A DNA stretch of 27,092 nt, from assembly GCA_043228905.1 (NCBI GenBank), contig JBHGNT010000415.1, positions 1 to 27,092 of the forward strand, given 5' to 3'. Every line of letters starts with the position of its first letter. Position 1 is the stretch's first letter. The translations under genes and the position numbers were made by a program. A model generated the notes under the pieces. That model was not told the origin of the DNA. It was given only the letters and a program-made list of their open reading frames with translations, and searched no databases. The DNA is from Azolla caroliniana (taxonomy: Eukaryota; Plantae; Polypodiophyta). Positions 22,577-27,092 of this stretch are shown here, one piece after another.

Positions 22577-23906
22577 CTTGCTCTACAATTTGGCCGACGG
22601 AGACCAAATTCTTCGTAATGGTCGGTACATGCAAGACATTTTTAATGTAATTTTGATTACCTTCTTTTCCGAACGGAACATTGCCGATGTGCTGAATCGG
22701 GTGCATAGTGTTGTCTCCAGTTTCGACATAGCCGGGTCGGTCCGGCTCTCAAAGATCTCGGAACCATTCTTGATGCGATGTCATATGGTTCGAGGCATCG
22801 GAATCGACAAACCATACGTCTTCCGGACCGGAGGTACTAGTTGAGGTAGAGGCCAACATAGAGTTTGCTCTATGTTTCATCATGAACATTCCGCCACGGT
22901 CGGAGTTGTGTGCATACATTCTGCCACAATCTTCGTAGTCGGGGTTGTGCCCGTACATTCCGCCATGGTCGGAGTTGTGTGCATACATTCCGCCACGATC
23001 TTCGTAGTCGGAGTTGTGCGTGTAATTTGTGAGTTATCGGCTTGTGGAAGCCGTTTTGCGCATCTTCTTTCGGCACTCTTCTTCGTGGTGGCCGAGCTTT
23101 CCGCAATATCTGCATTCGGTTGCGTTTTGAAAGCTCGAGCCAAAGCGGAAGCTCCCCCTTCTTGCGAAGGTTCCTCGTTGGCTTCCCTTTTGTGGTCGAA
23201 ATTGGGAGTTGTTGTCGTAGGTCGGACCTCGTCCGCCTTGTCCTTGGCCGAATCGGCCTCTCGCTCATCCGTGTCCTCTTCCTCCATCCGAGTGCGTGTA
23301 GAGCATGTGGCCTTCCGACTCATTGCTCCTTGTACGCACGTGGTTTTCTTTGACCAATAGCATTGATTGGAGCTCGAAGAAGGAGGGAGATTTCTCCCTT
23401 GCTAGAACAGCGGTTCGCATCGCGCCGAACCGTGGTGTGAGGCTGCTGAGGCATATTTGCACCATCTCATCATCATCTATACTTACGCTTATCGAGCTGA
23501 GCGAATCGCAAAGCTCCGTGATCTTCAAGGTGTATGTCGTGATGGACATGTCCCTTTGTTGATTGTTGTTCAACTCTTGGTAGAGTTGAAGCCTTCTTGC
23601 GGTTGTGTTCGGCGCGAAAATCTTCCGTAGGTTTTCCCATGCCTCCTTCGGCGTCTTGGCTTCGCGAATGTAGCCGAGCATGTGATCGTGAACACATGTC
23701 GCCAAGCAATACATCACGCGGCTTGCGGCTTGCTCCCATGTCGTGTATCCGGGAGCTGCTTCGGCAGGTCGGTCTTCATGCTCTCCTTTGATGTAGCTCC
23801 AATAGCCTTGTCCGACAAGGTATTGGTGCATCTTGTACTCCCAAGATGCGAATTTGTTTCGATCCAACTTCTCGGTGGGGAGAGCGCTCCCCATTTGAGT
23901 ATTCAT
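22577..23906 (-). pseudogene. Copia gag, zinc knuckle and protease
   Basis: 213-aa gag ORF ending at an in-frame TGA; continues to CRYCGKLGHHEEEC (~23073-23114) and WFVDSDASNHMT. Confidence 0.93.
22886..23023 (-). repeat. In-frame 39+30-bp repeat, 2 copies (69-bp unit), inside the copia polyprotein
   Basis: Encodes YTHNSDYEDRGGM-YAHNSDHGGM-YGHNPDYEDCGRM-YAHNSDRGGM. Confidence 0.9.
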
Positions 23907-24068
23907 TATGTCGATTCTTCTTCTTCTTCTTCTTCTCTCTTCGAATGCGAGCTATGTAGCGAAGCTACGATAGCGATGAGCCGGTTCTTGGTCGTTGGCG
24001 TAGAGCACAACACACGATCATGATGAGGCGAATGGGCTACAACGAGCTACCAAATCACTCTGATACCA

Positions 24069-24457
24069 TGTAATGAATTGGATATGATTCTTGTGAAGCG
24101 GAAGAGATGTGAGTTATGTGTGTGTATGAGAGAGAGAGAGTGTGTGAGAGAGACAAGGAGTAAGACAGAGAATACGCAATGTAAAAGTATATTACCAAAG
24201 GAGAAAGACTCAACAAATACAAGGTTGGAGGAGGGTGCTTTATATAGTCACCCTCTCTCTTCATTAACTACAAGACTCATGGAGCATGGGGATTGTGAAA
24301 GCTCATAAGTTATGTGTCATAGAATATGATACTATGACTCATACTAAATGCTAGAATACAAAGCGGTGACATAATAGGTGACTCTTGACCGTTGGAGTGT
24401 CTATTCACTCTCAAGGTGAGTTCACACACTAAACCAAGTTGAGCTTGATTCTCAACA
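24069..24457 (-). repeat. Copia 5' LTR
   Basis: Adjacent to the PBS; direct repeat of 15005-15396. Confidence 0.95.
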
Positions 24458-24750
24458 ATTAGACCAAGCGATTGGCATGTAACACTGATATTTCCATAAC
24501 GACTTTGTAAGTTTTCCAAGTGGTACTAAGATTTACTTTATAGAAGTCTTTTTGACTACATAGGATTTAAATTGTAAAAGATAGCACGAATGTAAGCAAG
24601 AAATTAAGAATTCTTTTTGCTTTGCTTAATATATATGCAATACTTGTAGTTAGTTTAACTTGATACTTGACTATATCGATATCATTACAATCAGGCAACC
24701 ATGCAAAGAACAATAGTTATAATTTTAGTCAGTCTAAATAGCACTTCTCT

Positions 24751-24824
24751 TGTCCAAAAGTAGACTATAACCAGAGACCTCTAATGTGTTAGAGTAGCAT
24801 GAAAATCAACTACACCATCTAAAC
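24751..24824 (-). pseudogene. tRNA-Val(AAC)-like copy 9
   Basis: Paralog of copy 3 with the same flanks. Confidence 0.8.
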
Positions 24825-24845
24825 ATATCAACGATATCTATTTAT

Positions 24846-24889
24846 CTAGTGTGTGAGACTAGTGTGATAATCAACTCCACCATCTGGAC
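24846..24889 (-). pseudogene. Truncated tRNA-Val(CAC)-like copy 10 (5' half)
   Basis: ctagtgtgtgagactagtgtgataatcaactccaccatctggac, followed by the same spacer as copies 2 and 8. Confidence 0.8.
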
Positions 24890-25225
24890 CCATTTGTCAT
24901 TACTAATTTAATAGTTTGAAATGAATTTGTTAATTAGAGCAAGCGATTGGCATGTCACACTGACATTGACATAACGACTTTGTAAGTTTTCCAAGTGGTA
25001 CTAAGATTTACTTTATAGAAGTCTTTTTGACTACATAGGATTTAAATTGTAAAAGATAGCACGAATGGTAGCAAGAAATGAAGAATTCTTTTTGCTTAGC
25101 TTAATATATTTGCAGGACTTGCAGTTAGTTTAACTTAATACTTAAGTATATCTACATCGTTACAATCAACCAACCGTCCAATGAAGAAGTGCTATGATTT
25201 TAGTTAGTCTAAATAGCACTTCTCT

Positions 25226-25275
25226 TGTCCAAACGTAGACTATATCCGGAGACTTCCAATGTGTTAGAGTAGCAT
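25226..25275 (-). pseudogene. Truncated tRNA-Val(AAC)-like copy 11 (3' half)
   Basis: tgtccaaacgtagactatatccggagacttccaatgtgttagagtagcat; the array ends abruptly here. Confidence 0.7.
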
Positions 25276-25779
25276 CATGGGGTAGGTTTGATGGTAAAGG
25301 CGTATCTCTAGGTAGTGATAGATGTCATATAGGAAATGTAAATATTGTATGTTACATCAATATGGCAATTCACAAATATGTATAAATATAGGTGTTAGTG
25401 ATTTTGTATGTTTTCTTCTCAATTTCATGTGTCGATTATTTAGACATTTTCTGAAAGCCCTTAGTTTTTGGACATGGTATAAATCAATATATTTTGATTC
25501 AATTTTCAAAAACCTTTACGCATGCGATGGTCCTTTTTGTGAAATGACATAATTTGTGAAAGGTGCATAAAAAAAGACAAAAACTTCCTAAAATATGGTG
25601 GCCAATAACTCTCTAGCTAGATGAATCACATGAAGATCGTTGGAATTATGCTCTACCACGTTGGCTATTCCCTTTTCCTAGTCCTTTCTTATTTTAAAGG
25701 TAATTGTGATGAATTTTTAACTTAACAATTTGAATGGAAGGACATAAAAGAGGTAGATTTGATAAGGGCAGTCATGTGG

Positions 25780-26726
25780 ACTGATAGTGATGGGATGTTT
25801 TATGCGGAATATGAAGTATCTTCTAATTTTGGATAAGTATGAGTGATGAAAGTGTTGAGGGTTGGAACAGGATTTAATGAACAGACGAGGGGAGTAGTGT
25901 CACTTTCTTTTTCTATGTACACGATTTTGGTGGTAAATCAGCGTGAGTGAGATGATTGATGTCGATTTATGAAGCACAATTCTTTTTTTTTTATAAGGAT
26001 GAGTGATGGTGGTGTGGGGGTTGAAGCATAATCTCTTGAGAAAAGTGAACTCATTAATTGTTTTTATGTACAGGATTTTGGCAATAATCGACGAGATGTT
26101 TGATGTGGACTTGATGAAGAAGAATGTATGTTTTTTATAAGGATGAGTGATGAGGGTGTGGGGGGTGAAGCATATTCTCATTAGGAGATGAGGAAACAAG
26201 ACTCATTGTATTGTTGTATGTGCAGGATTTTGGTGGTATTCCACGAGATGATTGATGTGGACTTAACGAAGATGGTTTGGATAAGGATGAGTGATGATGG
26301 TGTGGAGGCCGAAGCATATTCTCATGAGAAGATGAGGAATTTAAACTCATTTTATTGTCTATGTGCAAGAATTTGGTGGTAATCGGCGAGATGGTTGATG
26401 TGGACTTCACGAAGCAATTTGTATGTCTTTTATAAGGATGAGTGATGATTGCGTGGGGCCAAAGCATAAGGTCATGAGGAGAGGAGAAAATTGACTTAAT
26501 GTGTTGGTGTATGATAGGAAGTTGGTGGTAATCGGTGAGATGGTGGATGTGGAAAGAGGAAGCATATTTGTTGAGTTGACAGTATAATGTATTGGATCGC
26601 CTTCAAATTTCCGATGTACAGGAAGTTGGTGGTAACCCGCGACATGGTTGATGTGGAAAGAGGAAGCATATTTGTTGAGTTGATAGTATAATGTATTGGA
26701 TTGCCTTCAAATATGTGATATACAGG
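25780..26726. repeat. Degenerate ~145-160-bp tandem repeat (~5 copies) grading into a 104-bp unit (2 copies)
   Basis: ataaggatgagtgatg-like anchor at ~25832, 25993, 26137, 26281 and 26432; aggaagttggtggtaa at 26516 and 26620. Confidence 0.85.
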
Positions 26727-27092
26727 CATGGAATACACTGTTATCTACCTTGAAGGTTTCTAGTAGCATTGGGGGTTTTTTGGATAAAAATTATGTTGAA
26801 CAAGAGCAGGTTGAAGAAGTATTGAAAGGTTCATAACTATGACCTGCGAGGGTTGTTTCCGACTATAAGTACTTTGGTTGTTGTCTATGTATATGATACA
26901 TTGCATTGTGTCTAAGGAATAGGTTGCAATTAGTGGATTTGTTTCCACAACCAGTGTCTTACACAAGACAGGCTGGGGGGGGGGGGGGGAACTTTGTATG
27001 TTGTAGCCGTTATGACCCTTTCTATACAACTAATGGAAGGATATTTTGTTTTGGAAAAACAAAGGTACATTGGAAAATATGGCAAATTTACA

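Larger units (their letters stand above)
15005..24457 (-). mobile_element. Full-length degenerate Ty1/copia LTR retrotransposon
   Basis: LTRs 15005-15396 and 24069-24457 (TGT...ACA, roughly 96% alike by eye). TSD ATTAG at 15000-15004 and 24458-24462. Met-i PBS TGGTATCAGAG at 24058-24068; PPT at 15397-15410. Domain order gag-PR-INT-RT-RH. Confidence 0.97.
12975..25275 (-). repeat. Tandem tRNA-Val-derived array with ~1,547-bp higher-order repeat, split by the copia insertion
   Basis: Copies at 13143/14690 and 13336/14883 are each 1,547 bp apart with matching spacers. The spacer after 13409 is continued after the right LTR (accaagcgattggcatgtaacactg). Confidence 0.9.

Noticed and set aside
19169-22844. 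Duplicate ORFs MGHTRRSY... at 19169 and 22362
   Set aside because: Both lie within the two LTRs of the nested element and are low-complexity.
22870-23360. Several overlapping 100-160-aa ORFs on both strands
   Set aside because: Shadow frames of GC-rich, repetitive copia gag; the true frame carries the zinc knuckle.
25730-25755. EWKDIKE|GT as a possible KATNAL2 exon
   Set aside because: Weak match to KWESIKG, with no supporting acceptor or flanking residues.

Overview
Eukaryotic land-plant nuclear DNA; the long TE-filled intron and the TE types suggest a large-genome non-angiosperm such as a fern (inference). Bases 1-9,000 are intergenic TE debris: hAT-type MITEs, a Ty3/gypsy gag relic with a nested chromodomain-only mini-element, a solo LTR, three LINE 3' ends and a 101-bp tandem repeat. 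At 10,044-10,644 (+) lie the first three coding exons of a katanin p60-like 2 (KATNAL2-type) AAA ATPase gene. No fourth exon is visible, so the rest of the window appears to be one intron of over 16 kb. That intron holds a decayed gene for a ParB/sulfiredoxin-fold-like protein, directly followed by an antisense tandem array of at least 11 tRNA-Val-derived copies. The copies share one backbone but carry CAC, AAC or TAC anticodons, and form a ~1,547-bp higher-order repeat. A full-length degenerate Ty1/copia element (15,005-24,457) splits the array and itself contains a non-autonomous gypsy element (18,623-22,571). A ~145-bp degenerate satellite closes the window. All calls were made by eye, without database searches.
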